The position numbers were made by a program, and so were the translations under genes. From an uncultured Gemmatimonadales bacterium (GTDB lineage Bacteria > Gemmatimonadota > Gemmatimonadetes > Palauibacterales > Palauibacteraceae), in the NCBI GenBank assembly GCA_963783385.1, contig CAWANJ010000009.1, positions 640,001 to 704,000 of the forward strand: a DNA stretch of 64,000 bases, written 5' to 3'. Under the pieces are notes generated by a model. It was not told the DNA's origin. It did not search any database and saw only the letters and a program-made list of their open reading frames with translations. Each line of letters begins with the position of its first letter. The stretch's first letter is position 1. This document shows, in pieces, positions 42,876-53,006 of the stretch.

Positions 42876-44212
42876 CGGCCAGCTCCGCTTGCGGCGCTCC
42901 GCCTGCCTCCACTGGCCGTGCTCCGGTCGCCGTCGGCGGCCGCGGTCGGACCACCTCCCCCGGCCGCCGTCCGGCCCGGTGCGCCAGCCGTCGCCCCACC
43001 ACCCCCGATCACCAGGCTGTCGGCGTTGGTGAGCCGCACCTTGGCGTCGTGCACCAGCGTCTCCTGCCCCTCGGTGAGCACGATCTCGCCGGGCGCCAGC
43101 ATCTCCTGGTTCGTGCCGGGCTCGGGCGGGAGGATCTCCACGTAGCGGTCGTTGGTGAGGCCCGTGTGCACGTACTTCCACTCGGCGCGGCCCGTGGCGC
43201 TCCCCGAGTCGTCGGGGGCGAACACGAACACCACGTCGCGCCGGTCTCGCTCCACCACCGCCTCGCGCGGCACGAACGTGCGCCCCGCGTACAGCTCGCC
43301 CGCGATTCGCACGCTCGCCGACATGCCGGGGACGATATGGGCGCGCGGGTTCTCGAGCCGCACCGTGACCCGCGCCGTGCGGCTGTCGGGATCGACCACC
43401 GGATTCACGGTGAGGAGGCGGCCGTGGAAGGTCTCGCCCGGCAGGGCCGAGAAGGTGGCCGTCGCCTCGCGGCCGGGCGCCAGGTGGGGGAGGTCGGTCT
43501 CCAGGACCCCGACCTCGACGTCGACCTCCGAGAGGTCGAGGACGGCGGCCACCGAGTCCCCCTGCCCCACGCGCGCCCCCGCCTGCACGGCCAGCCCCGC
43601 CACCATGCCCCGGAAGGGCGCCCGCAAGGTCGTGTGCTCGAGCTTGTAGCGCGCCTTGGCCACCTGGACCACCGCCCCGGCCAGGCCGCTCCGGATGCGG
43701 GCCTGCCGCCGCCGCTCTCGCCGCAGCGAGTCGTTCTGCATCTGCTCGTCGAACAGGGTCCGGTTCAGGTAGTCGGCCGCCGCCTTGGCGCTGTCCGCCT
43801 CCGCCTGCTCCAGGTCGAGCGCGTAGGTGGTCGTGTCGAGCCGCGCCAGCACCGCGCCCGCGGGGACGGCCTCTCCCTCCCGCACCGGCACCGCCAGCAC
43901 CTGGCCCTCGACCTGTTCGGTGCGGATCGTGGCCGACCGCCGCGGCTCGGCGCGCCCGTCCGCCTTCACCCACTCCACGAACGTGTCCTTCCGCACGGCT
44001 CCCCCGCGCACCGGCACGGCCACGTCGGCCGCGAACGCCGAGGAGGCGGCCTCCGAGCGGATGGCGGCCTTGACCGAGTCGGACCCGGAGGCGGCGTCCG
44101 TGCTGTCGGCGGCCGCGCCGGAAGCGCCGGCCCGGATCCGCCACAGCACGCCGCCCAGCAGGAGGACGAACACCAGGGTGACGACGAGCGCGACGACGTG
44201 GCGTGTCTTCAT
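42872..44212 (-). CDS. RND periplasmic adaptor (membrane fusion protein)
   Basis: N-terminal TM, lipoyl halves (VREGEAV.AG, LRAPFRG), NPVVDPDSRT, PGM. Confidence 0.93.
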   Translation of the reverse strand: MKTRHVVALVVTLVFVLLLGGVLWRIRAGASGAAADSTDAASGSDSVKAAIRSEAASSAFAADVAVPVRGGAVRKDTFVEWVKADGRAEPRRSATIRTEQVEGQVLAVPVREGEAVPAGAVLARLDTTTYALDLEQAEADSAKAAADYLNRTLFDEQMQNDSLRRERRRQARIRSGLAGAVVQVAKARYKLEHTTLRAPFRGMVAGLAVQAGARVGQGDSVAAVLDLSEVDVEVGVLETDLPHLAPGREATATFSALPGETFHGRLLTVNPVVDPDSRTARVTVRLENPRAHIVPGMSASVRIAGELYAGRTFVPREAVVERDRRDVVFVFAPDDSGSATGRAEWKYVHTGLTNDRYVEILPPEPGTNQEMLAPGEIVLTEGQETLVHDAKVRLTNADSLVIGGGGATAGAPGRTAAGGGGPTAAADGDRSTASGGRRSAASGAGR

Positions 44213-44287
44213 GGGCGGCGTCCCATCGTGGGGTCGGCTAGCAGGTCGGCTCGAACCTCGAACGTCCACGGAATCTTCAAGAATCCC

Positions 44288-45532
44288 TCATCGTGGGGGC
44301 GAGCCCGCCCCCCGGTCCAGGGTCATGACGACCACGTACGGGACCCCGAGATCGTCCGTGATCACCGTCACGATGCGGTCGCCGGTCACGACCGTCGTCC
44401 AGGGCTTCATCTCCACGGGAGGATGCAGGGCGCCCAGGTATGCTCCACGAGGGTTGAACAGGTCCCACGCCGGCGTCGCTCCTGCCTCCTGGAATGGCCG
44501 CACCCACAGGTAGCCGGCGCTGTCGACCAGGAGGTTCCGGATGGCGGGTTTGTGGTCCGGGATCTGGTCCGGATGGACCGTCCCGCCCTGCTTCGTGAAG
44601 TAGGCCAGTCTCGCGATGGCGCTGTCCCGCTCGCTGCCGCTGACCGGGACCGCCCGGTAATCCCGGTCGATCTCCCGGAGGGTGTCGCCGGCGGGTCCGA
44701 TCTCGACCAGCCGGTACGGGGACCCGAGACCGATCCACAGGTGCCCGCCCGGGCCGACCGTCCAGCTGGCCCTGGGGGCAAACGGCACATCCACCGAGGT
44801 CATGCCCACCACCTTCCCTCCCGACCGGACCGTGTGCGTCCAGGGCGCCAGCCCGCCAGGCCGGCTCGGCATGGGCAGCGTGTCCACCGGCGTCAGGGCG
44901 CTGTCCTCGATGACGATGCCCTGGCTGTCGACGCTGAACCCGGTGAAGATGGCCTGAAACCATCGTGAGCCGCCGAAGAAGCCGCACCGACACGGGAAGA
45001 AGGAGCTATGGGCCTGGTGCTCGGAAACGACCCTGCCGGCGGTGTCGAAGACCGTGATCCGTGTGTTCTTCGGGTCCATGACCCACATGCGTCCGGCGGG
45101 GCCCCGGGAGATCCCGGTGAGGGCCTTGAACTCCCCGGGCCCTCCGCCCTCGTGTCCGACGGTCCGGACGAAGCTCCCGTCCGGGTCGAACACGCGGACC
45201 TCCTTCGCCTGCCCGTCGGCCACCCACACGCGCCCCAGGGGATCGAGCGCGAGGCCGATCACTCGGCCGAAGGAAGCCGGCGTCCCGCCCTCGCGGCTGC
45301 CGATCCGGGCCAGGACCCGGACCTGCCAGGCGCTGTCGAGGTCCGTGATGCCGCGGGCCGGATTCCGGACGACGATGCGGCCGGACGGGAGGGTATCGAT
45401 CCGGGCCCTCCGCGTGGAACCGGTTCCACCGGCGCAGGCGGTACCGACCAGCGACGCGAGGAGGAGCGGCAGGAGACGCGTCACGCTCCCCGGTCGGCGG
45501 ACACCGGCGGCGCTCGAGGTCTCCGCGCTCAT
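44288..45532 (-). CDS. 6-bladed beta-propeller (NHL/TolB-like) lipoprotein
   Basis: GTAC lipobox, GRVWVADG, GHEGGGPGEF, DSAGYLWV, GVPYVV; ATGA-coupled to upstream gene. Confidence 0.82.
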   Translation of the reverse strand: MSAETSSAAGVRRPGSVTRLLPLLLASLVGTACAGGTGSTRRARIDTLPSGRIVVRNPARGITDLDSAWQVRVLARIGSREGGTPASFGRVIGLALDPLGRVWVADGQAKEVRVFDPDGSFVRTVGHEGGGPGEFKALTGISRGPAGRMWVMDPKNTRITVFDTAGRVVSEHQAHSSFFPCRCGFFGGSRWFQAIFTGFSVDSQGIVIEDSALTPVDTLPMPSRPGGLAPWTHTVRSGGKVVGMTSVDVPFAPRASWTVGPGGHLWIGLGSPYRLVEIGPAGDTLREIDRDYRAVPVSGSERDSAIARLAYFTKQGGTVHPDQIPDHKPAIRNLLVDSAGYLWVRPFQEAGATPAWDLFNPRGAYLGALHPPVEMKPWTTVVTGDRIVTVITDDLGVPYVVVMTLDRGAGSPPR

Positions 45533-46823
45533 CGAGCGTCCTTCTTCACCCAGGGGTAGAGGACGACCCTCTGCACACCGAGATCGTCCCGGGTGCGGCC
45601 CAGGACGAAATCCGGTCCCACCTGCAGGACGTGGAGGCCCGCCGGGGCCGTGGCCACCGCGACCAGCGAGCCGTCGGGCGCGAGGACGATCCAGCGGCCG
45701 ACGCCCTCCGGGTCGGGGCTCGACTCCTTCACCCACACGTCCCCCGAGGCGCCGACCTTCAGGTCCGCGAAGGCGGGAAGCGTGTGACGGGGCGTGGCTT
45801 TCCGGATGTGCTCGACCACCTGTTTGGCGAAGCGGCTACCCGCCGCACCGGGCATCTGGCTCAGCTCCCGCTTGACGTCCGCGATGCGCCGCTTCCGCTG
45901 CGCCGAGATCTGCCGATCGGTCACGGCCCTCGGCGCCCGGTCCATGCGGATCCGCACGCGCAGCTTCCCGCCGGGATCGAGCGCGTCGAACTTCCAGCGG
46001 GCATCGTCTCCAACGTAGACGCGTTCTCCGGCGGCGGCCACATGCGAGGCTCGCCCGAACAGCACCGCATTGGCCTGGAAGGTGCCGTTCGGATGGCTCA
46101 CCTCGGTCTCCCGCCCGGGCACCGAAATGAGCGTGTCGGGGGCCGACGATCCGGCCGAGCGGAGAAGCACGGCCTCGGTGTCCCGGTGGACGCCGTCGGC
46201 GGCGCTCATCATCGCCTGCGGCGAGATTCCCGCGCTCGTCGCCACGCGATCGCCGTCCACGACGCCATACAGCTGAGCCAGGCTCATCGTCCCCGATGCC
46301 GAGTGGAGCGTGAAGCCTCCCGCGAACGCGCCCGCCGACGTGAACAGGACGAGGTGGAGGGCGAGGGGGTCCCAGGCGCGACCGTGTCCCCGGGCAACAT
46401 GACCAGCTTCTGCAGGGCCCGGAATTCTTGCGGACCGCTGCCCTTCCCTCCCGCCGTCCACAGGTGGCGTCCCCTCGCGTCGAACGCCCGCAGCTCGCCC
46501 GCCTGGCCGTCCGCCACGACCACGCCGCCGTCCGGCAGACGGACGGCGTCGACGACCCGGCCGAACGCCTGCGGTCCGCCCCCCTCCGCCTTGCCCAGCC
46601 GGAGCGCCGGCTCATCCGCGACCGTCCATTCCGGAAGGTGCGGGGCGGACTTCGAGGCACCGGCGAGCCCGTACGGCACCGGATCCGTGACCAGCGTCAC
46701 GCCCGCGCTGTCCCGGCGCGTGGCGGTCGCGACCCCGGAGGCGTCGCTCTCGCCGCCGCAGGCCACGAGAGAGCCCAGCGCGCTGACGGCGAGGAGCGCG
46801 GCCACGCGAGACCCCGCCCTCAC
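45529..46823 (-). CDS. 6-bladed beta-propeller lipoprotein (frameshift near 46375)
   Basis: GTG start; SLVAC-GG lipobox, RDSAGV, GGKGSGPQEF, GDVWV, DDLGVQRVV. Confidence 0.8.
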
Positions 46824-46950
46824 GACGCTCCCCGCACGACCCGGTACTTCGTGACCCAATGGATGTCGAGCGGGCCCCTGCTCACGGCGGCGATCGGGCC
46901 ACCCGGGAGAAACGTCCCGGGCCGAGGGGGGTCGGCCCGAAGGGTGCCTG
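46820..46950 (-). pseudogene. 3' remnant (distal piece) of a beta-propeller paralog, separated from the rest by IS630
   Basis: GTLRADPPRPGTFLPGGPIAAVSRGPLDIHWVTKYRVVRGAS* aligns with GTLPAGTPLPGAFLPGRRVAAVAKDSLGVERVTEYRIERSAS* at the end of 50058..51246. Confidence 0.75.
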
Positions 46951-48214
46951 GTACACCTGCTCGGAAGTTCGATCACGTATGTTACGCTGCGAGGCGCGCG
47001 TGAGCGTCGTAGCGAGCCAGGAGCTGGTCGAGGTCGGCGCGGGTGAACCTCCAGTCGGAGGGACGAGCGACGGCCTCGTGATGCTCCTGAAAGCCGAGGA
47101 GGCGCTCGCGAGCGGCCTCGAAGCAGGTGCAGTCGTCAGGTGTCCAGGCTTTGCGCGCGACCACGGAGAAGTAGATCTCGATTTGGTTGAGCCAGCTGGC
47201 ATGAACGGGCAAATGCACGAGGTGCAGAGGAGGCCAGCGGCTCTCCAAGCGCTCGATCGCACGCCGGCCGCGATGGATGCCGCCGTTGTCGACGATCCAG
47301 AAGACGCGGTGTGCCCAAATGCAGGGCTCCTCGAGCATGACGTGGGCCACCAGCCGGTCGAAGGTCTCGATGGTCGAGCGGGGGGGACCACGTGGCCGAA
47401 GAGACGGGCCTGGTGAACATCCCAGGCGGCCTGATAGGCACAGGTGCCGTGACGCCGATACTCGTGTTCGACGCGCATCGGGCGGCCCGGCCCCGGTGGC
47501 GTCGAGGGGTGGCGCCGCTCGCGGATCTGGAGCTGGGTCTTCTCGTCGGCGCTCAAGACGAAGTCCGCCTCGCCCAGGGGCTCACCCTGCCACCTGCGGT
47601 GCTGGAGGTCGAGCACAACGGCGGCCTTCTCAGCGAACCGGGGATCGCGAGGGAAGATCCACCTCGCCGGCTCCACGGCCGGATCGCATCCGCATCGAGC
47701 CAGCGCCAGATCGTCGAGCCGGAGATCTCGGCCACAATCCCCTGGCGCAGCACCTCGCGCCGGAGCTCTTCTCGGCTCCACCTCGAGAGGGGCCGGCCCG
47801 ACGCGGCCGGCAGGCTGCAGGCCAGCGCCTTGACCTCACACACGATCCGAGGGGGAAGAACCCGGGGGGCGTCCCCGGCGCGGCTTCTCCTCCAGCCCGG
47901 CCATGCGCCGTTGGTAGAACCGCTTCCGCCACTTGCTCGCCACCTCCCGGGGGAGGTCCAGTCGCTCTCCGATTGCTTTGTTCTCCAAGCCCTCGGCCGC
48001 GAGCAGGATGATCTTGGCCCTCACGACATCCCGATACGGCAACGTATACCGGCGGCTCCGCCGCTCCAGGGTCTCCCTCTCCTCCCGCGTCAGATCAATG
48101 GTGTACGGGCTTTTCCGCGGCATCGTCCCCTCCACCCTGAGTGTGAGGAAGCGATACCGCCGAGCCCCTGGTTGCGCCAGATCTATACGTGATCATACTT
48201 GTGGCAACGCGTAC
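46951..48214 (-). mobile_element. IS630 family insertion sequence (about 1.26 kb)
   Basis: 30-bp imperfect terminal IRs GTACACCTGCTCGGAAGTTCGATCACGTAT (46951-46980) and GTACGCGTTGCCACAAGTATGATCACGTAT (reverse complement of 48185-48214); TA at both ends. Confidence 0.9.
46982..48135 (-). CDS. IS630 transposase (HTH orfA plus DDE part, split over several frames)
   Basis: RAKIILLAAEG..KWRKRF..PRRGRP; DEKT, EHEYRRHGT, DNGGIH, ASWLNQIE. Confidence 0.9.
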
Positions 48215-48308
48215 CAGATACTCTCCCTGCGGCGACAGGACGTCGATCGGCCCGGGAGTGCCGCGACCGATGACCTTCCGCTGGATCCACACCGTGCCGT
48301 CCGGCGCA
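48215..48308 (-). pseudogene. 3' remnant (proximal piece) of the beta-propeller paralog; direct repeat of about 50187-50281
   Basis: VWIQRKVIGRGTPGPIDVLSPQGEYL versus VWIERKVVGRDAHGPIDVLSPQGEYL; about 13 mismatches in about 94 nt by manual alignment. Confidence 0.85.
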
Positions 48309-48309
48309 G

Positions 48310-48646
48310 GGTAGTCTTGCTATGCTTCGTTTGGTCAAGAACACCATCAAACGCAAAACCCAGCAATTCGATTTGCCGGCGCTCTTGTCGTGTCGGCCGC
48401 CGGTTCAGAATCAAACGCACAGCATCTGGATCTTTCACTTTCAACCCCTGCCACATCAGCATATTGGGGTCGCAACTCAGGCACCTAGCCGGATCATAGA
48501 GCACGACAATTGTGGAATCGTCAGAAACGAGATCGCGCACCGTCGTGCCCGAGACCAGGAGCGGCTCAGAACGACTGCAACCGCATATGCACACTCCAGC
48601 GACGAGCACCCACAGGCCCCGTCTGGATCCAGAATGCCGCGATCAT
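48310..48646 (-). CDS. Thioredoxin-like CxxC lipoprotein, 3'-truncated (in lower-GC cassette)
   Basis: RRGLWVLVAGVCICGC signal, IVVLYDPARCLSC; ATGA at the upstream stop is off by one frame; runs into the propeller remnant. Confidence 0.55.
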
Positions 48647-49716
48647 CGACTGCCGTCGGTCGAAAAGACAAAGACCCTCTCACCGTTGTCCGCCATCACG
48701 AAGAACCGACCTCCGTGGTCATCCACCGTCAAGGCCCCGGGAGACGACACCCCATGAAGGCTCAGGCGCCCATCGAGATGGCCTGTCCCGGAGGCGAACT
48801 GCCATACGATGGCGGAGTCGGCGTCCGGCGAGCTCAAGAGCCAGACCTCCTCGTCCTTCTCGGCGAGCTCGAGATCGGCGAAGAGTCGGTAGGGATGTAT
48901 CCGTCGGGGATTCGGCTCGTTCAGGTTCTGGGCCCTGTACGCTTCCAAGAGCTTCGTGAACAACGGATCGTCCAGCGTCGTCCCCCAAACCAGCGTCGAA
49001 TCGCGCGAGTACTTCCTCAACCACCCGGCGCCCAGAGAGGCGACGTACACATCTTCCGAGGCGTCCTGTGCTACCAGCACGTTGTTGGCGAACAGCTGGG
49101 GCAACTCGTGACGGGCCACCTCGCGCTTGAGATCCGTCGGAGAGAGGGGAAGAGGAAGCGGCGGTACAGGTACCAGACTGCCCAGTCTCCCGGTGGAGTC
49201 ATGGAGTGTGAGCAAATGGCCGTCGAATCCGCCTGTAGGGTTGAGCACCATACCCGTCGGGCCCAGCGCCGTGTTGGTTGAATAGGCACGAGCCTCGAGG
49301 GGAAAAGAACGGCCATCCGCGCAGTTCGAGGACACGAGGAGGATACGGCCATTCCCACTGTCGACGATCCAGAGGCGATCACCCAGGACTTCCAGGGCCG
49401 TGGGACTGCGTACTTCGTTCGGTCCAGACCCGGTCGCACAGATGACCCGCGAACTCCGCGTGGCCAGATCGATACGGATGATCCTGCTGCCGACACCATC
49501 AGCAACGAACAAGGCTCTACGAGCGGGCCACAGGACCATGTCAGCCGCGAACCCGAGCCACAGTTTCGGGGGCAGTTGAAGGCTATCGACCGGGAAGATC
49601 ACCTCGGTGGAAGGTGAAGGAGCGGGTGGCGGCCGTCGCCCCTGGCACCCGACCAAGGCTATCGGCAGCAGAAGGAGACGAAGGCGCAGGGGTAGGTGTC
49701 TCGTCCTGCGCCTCAC
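48643..49716 (-). CDS. 6-bladed beta-propeller lipoprotein, lower GC than neighbours
   Basis: LVGC lipobox, LFVADG, TGSGPNEV, LWIVDSGNGRI; many A/T-ending codons. Confidence 0.78.
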   Translation of the reverse strand: MRRRTRHLPLRLRLLLLPIALVGCQGRRPPPAPSPSTEVIFPVDSLQLPPKLWLGFAADMVLWPARRALFVADGVGSRIIRIDLATRSSRVICATGSGPNEVRSPTALEVLGDRLWIVDSGNGRILLVSSNCADGRSFPLEARAYSTNTALGPTGMVLNPTGGFDGHLLTLHDSTGRLGSLVPVPPLPLPLSPTDLKREVARHELPQLFANNVLVAQDASEDVYVASLGAGWLRKYSRDSTLVWGTTLDDPLFTKLLEAYRAQNLNEPNPRRIHPYRLFADLELAEKDEEVWLLSSPDADSAIVWQFASGTGHLDGRLSLHGVSSPGALTVDDHGGRFFVMADNGERVFVFSTDGSR

Positions 49717-49919
49717 AGGTTCCGGTAGCTGCGAGTCGGCAGCCGTAGGGCATGGGCGAAGCGGTGTTCGAAACAGCCGGGCTGCCTCGTATGGGTCGCG
49801 AGAGAATTCCTCATTCGGCACTGCACGCCCACTCGCACGATGGGTCTGCAGCGCCCGATCTCAAGCCGCCATCTCCATGCCCCGAACGTGATTCGATCCC
49901 ACAAACTTCCACGATTTTG

Positions 49920-49949
49920 ATTCTAATCCCTCCCAACGATTGTCGTCAA
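49920..49949 (-). promoter_or_regulatory. Sigma70-type promoter at the head of the lower-GC cassette
   Basis: TTGACG-N18-TAGAAT. Confidence 0.6.
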
Positions 49950-49974
49950 GCCCTCGACAGATCGAGCCGCTCCA

Positions 49975-50061
49975 CCCCGGACGCGCTTCCCTCCCGCCGC
50001 AGACTCCGAAGGTCGTCGCGCCGAAGGAGAGGAGCGCGACCGTCCACGACCAAGCCCTCAT
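49975..50061 (-). pseudogene. 5' remnant (lipoprotein signal) of a truncated array gene
   Basis: ATGA-coupled to the upstream stop; MRAWSWTVALLSFGATTFGVCGG resembles the CGG lipoboxes of the paralogs, then the sequence becomes AT-richer. Confidence 0.5.
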
Positions 50062-51246
50062 GAGGCCGAGCGCTCGATCCGGTACTCCGTGACCCGTTCC
50101 ACGCCGAGCGAGTCCTTGGCCACGGCCGCCACCCGCCGACCGGGGAGGAAGGCGCCCGGCAGCGGCGTGCCCGCCGGCAGCGTGCCCAGGTACTCTCCCT
50201 GCGGCGAGAGGACGTCGATCGGCCCGTGCGCGTCGCGCCCAACGACCTTGCGCTCGATCCACACCGAGCCGTCCGGGGCGAGCGCCAGCTTGGCGATGAC
50301 GGGGATGGAGGACTGCGGCGCCCGCCTTGCTCACCACCTCGTCCGCCTTGCACACCCGGGGGCTCCCTCCCCCGACCCCGATGGGCAGGCCGTCACCGAG
50401 GTCGCGGCGGGCCAGCGCCTCGCTGGCCGGCCGGGGCCGGATGTCGCGGCGGTACGAGGCCACCAGCGAGTCGCCGCGGAACCGGTCTACGACATATTCG
50501 GCGCCGTCCGTCGCCACGACCTCGTCGCCGCGGCCGGCCCACCGGATGCGCGGGGTGAACACCGGTTGCATTCGAAGGCCGATCCCGCAGCTCGTGAACA
50601 TGGCCACCGGAGGGCAAGCCGAGGCTCTTGCGGGCCAGCTCCGTCGTGTCCCGTCCCGCGACGCGCAGGAGGCGACGGACCACCGAGTCACGCCGCGTCA
50701 CGTCCTGGAACACGCCCACGAACCCCCTCGGCGTCGCCATCGGGGCTCCCCACGCGAAGATGGACAGGTGGCGGGAGGGGAGCGGCTCGCCCGACGGAGC
50801 GTAGCCGACGAACCCCTGGAAGCGCTCGTCGTAGACCCGGACCGACCCGTCCGGCCGCACGGTGATCGAGAAGGGCATGGAGAGCTCGCCGGGACCCTGC
50901 CCGGCCTCCCCCTCGGTGCGCACCAGGTCGCCCCTTCGGGCCGAAGACGACGACCCGTTTGTTCCCCTCATCCAGCACGTACAGGTCGCCCGCCGAGTCC
51001 GCCCCCAGCCCCGCCACCTGGAAGAACGACTCGGGTCCCGACTCGGCCCCTCCCACCGTGAACAGCGGCTTCAGGGTCCAGGCGAGGGGCCGGTCCGCGC
51101 CGGACGTTGCGCACGATCGCGACGCCGGCGGAGTCGGTGCGGGCGGAGGTCGCCGACCCGCCGTCCGATCCGCCACACGCGCTGCCGAGCACGCCGAGGC
51201 TGGCGAGGCCGATTGCCGCGAGCACGGCTGTACTCCGGATCCGCAT
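50058..51246 (-). CDS. 6-bladed beta-propeller lipoprotein (several frameshifts)
   Basis: LGSAC-GG lipobox, TDSAGVAIVRN, GDLYVLD, GQGPGEL, DGSVWI, DSLGVERV. Confidence 0.8.
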
Positions 51247-51413
51247 GGGCACGATCCCGCAGGAGGGGACGGCTTGTCCGGGAGATTCGGAAAAAAATGG
51301 GTGGACTGCGGGGGGACCGGCAAGCGGACGGCCGCCCCGGGGCGGCGATGGGTCGGGCCGATTCGGGCGGACCGGCGGGGAGGGCACCCGGAGCCGATCC
51401 GCCCGCGCCGGAG

Positions 51414-51842
51414 TCAGGCGGAGATCGTCGGAGGAGCGCTCAGGAGGCGGGAGCCGGCTTCTCCGCCCGCGTCCGACTCCGCAGCGCCCGGAGCCCGAAC
51501 CACAGCAGGAGGGACGACGCCAAGCACGAGAAAGCCGAAGATGCTCGTGGTGAGCGAGACCTTGAGGCCGCCCCACAGGAGCGCCGGCTGGACCCCGCCC
51601 CGCGCGGTCACGCGCTCGGCCACGTTCGCCATCATGGCCCAGCCGACCAGCGTGCCGAGGACGCCCAGCACGGCGCCCAGTCCTCCCCAGGCGAGCACGA
51701 TCCCGGGCTCGGCCTCCGCCGCGCCGCGGCCCCGGCCGGCCCACATCTTCCACCCCTCCTGCGCGGCCGCGCCCACCACGAGGACCGCCGTGCCGAGGAT
51801 CGGCCACATCATCACGCCTCCGTCCCTGAACCACTCACTCAT
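51414..51842 (-). CDS. Small MotA/TolQ/ExbB-like membrane protein (3' end uncertain)
   Basis: AAGGAG RBS; WFRDGGVMMWPI, LGVLGTLVG, GGLKVSLTTSIFG. Confidence 0.7.
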   Translation of the reverse strand: MSEWFRDGGVMMWPILGTAVLVVGAAAQEGWKMWAGRGRGAAEAEPGIVLAWGGLGAVLGVLGTLVGWAMMANVAERVTARGGVQPALLWGGLKVSLTTSIFGFLVLGVVPPAVVRAPGAAESDAGGEAGSRLLSAPPTISA

Positions 51843-51879
51843 CGGATGTCTCCTTCGGTAGAGGTTCGAAGCTCGCGAG

Positions 51880-52653
51880 CCCCGCGCGGGACCGGGCGAG
51901 AGCCCGATGCCGTCCGCCAGGGCTTCCCGCACCGCGTCGCGCGCCCGCTCGACCGCCCGGGCCCGCCGCCGGAGCAGGAGCCACACGCCGGCGAGCACCA
52001 GGGCCGACGTGAGCCCCAGGGCGCCCAGGCCCGCCGCCTTCGCGATCCCGTGCCACAGGGCCGTCCGGCCCCGTGCGGCCGTGCTCCGCGGCGCCGGCGA
52101 TCCCGGCCAGGACGACCAGAGCGCCCAGCGCGCTCGTCGTGAGGCAGGCCATGGCCAGGCCCGGCAGGACGCGGAGGCTGGCGACGGGGTGGGCCGTGAT
52201 CCGGCGCGGCCGCACGAACAGCGCGAGGCCGTGCGCCAGGCCCGCCCCCGCTCCCAGCCCCGCCAGGGCGAGGACCGCCCACGTCCACGGGGACGGCTCG
52301 GCGGCCACGGGGGACCGCCACACCGCGTAGGCGCCCACCGCCGCCGCGAGCGCCGCCACCAGCACGACGAGGGCGCTCTCCAGCCGGTGCGCCCCCGCGC
52401 CCGCCACCCGGTCCAGCACTCCCGCCATCCGGGAGCCGTGCGTCCGGCCCATCTCGGCCAGCACCTCCGGGGAGGCGCCCAGGAGGCGCACGGCGCGCTC
52501 GCGCGCCTCCTCCTCGTCCAGCCCCCGCTCCCGGTAGCTGCGGTAGAGGTCCTCGAGGTCGGAGGCCATCTCGAGCAGGATCCGGGAGCGGCGCGGCTCC
52601 GGGACCCGGAGCCCGGCCTCAGCCCTCCGCAGGACGCGCTCGAAGACTTCCAC
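51880..52653 (-). CDS. Membrane protein with a HAAS/permease-prefix-like N-terminus (frameshifted, 3' end uncertain)
   Basis: PEPRRSRILLEMASDLEDLY..GLDEEEARERAVRLLG followed by several TMs; directly after padR. Confidence 0.65.
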
Positions 52654-52982
52654 GCCTGACCTCCTCGAGGATGTCCATGAGCCGGTCGAACACGGCCGAC
52701 AGGCTGCCCGCCTCCTCCCCCAGCTGGCGCCGCCCCGCCGCCGTGAGGTGATACTCCTTCCGGCGGCGGCCTTCCTCCGTCCACCGACCCTCGATGGCGC
52801 CCTCCTTCTCCAGCCGGTGGAGGATCGGGTACAGGGTCCCGTGCTGGAGCTCGAACGCTCCCCGGGTGTCCTGCTCGACGTCGAGCGCGATCTGGTAGCC
52901 GTGCTTCGGCCTCCTCCCGGAGGCTCGACAGCACCAGCAGCTCGTTGATGCGGCGACCGACGGTCTGCGTGTCCAGCGACAC
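52619..52982 (-). CDS. PadR family transcriptional regulator (frameshift near 52912)
   Basis: ELLVLSSL-(shift)-PKHGYQI..GTLYPILHRLEKEG..RRKEYHLTAAGR. Confidence 0.88.
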
Positions 52983-53006
52983 CGGGCTCCCTCCCGTTGG
53001 TGAGAG

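Noticed and set aside
49713-49904. Small ORF ending in a GTGA overlap with the lower-GC propeller, considered as a peptide precursor
   Set aside because: It has no clear RBS, signal peptide or leader motif, so I cannot support it as a gene.
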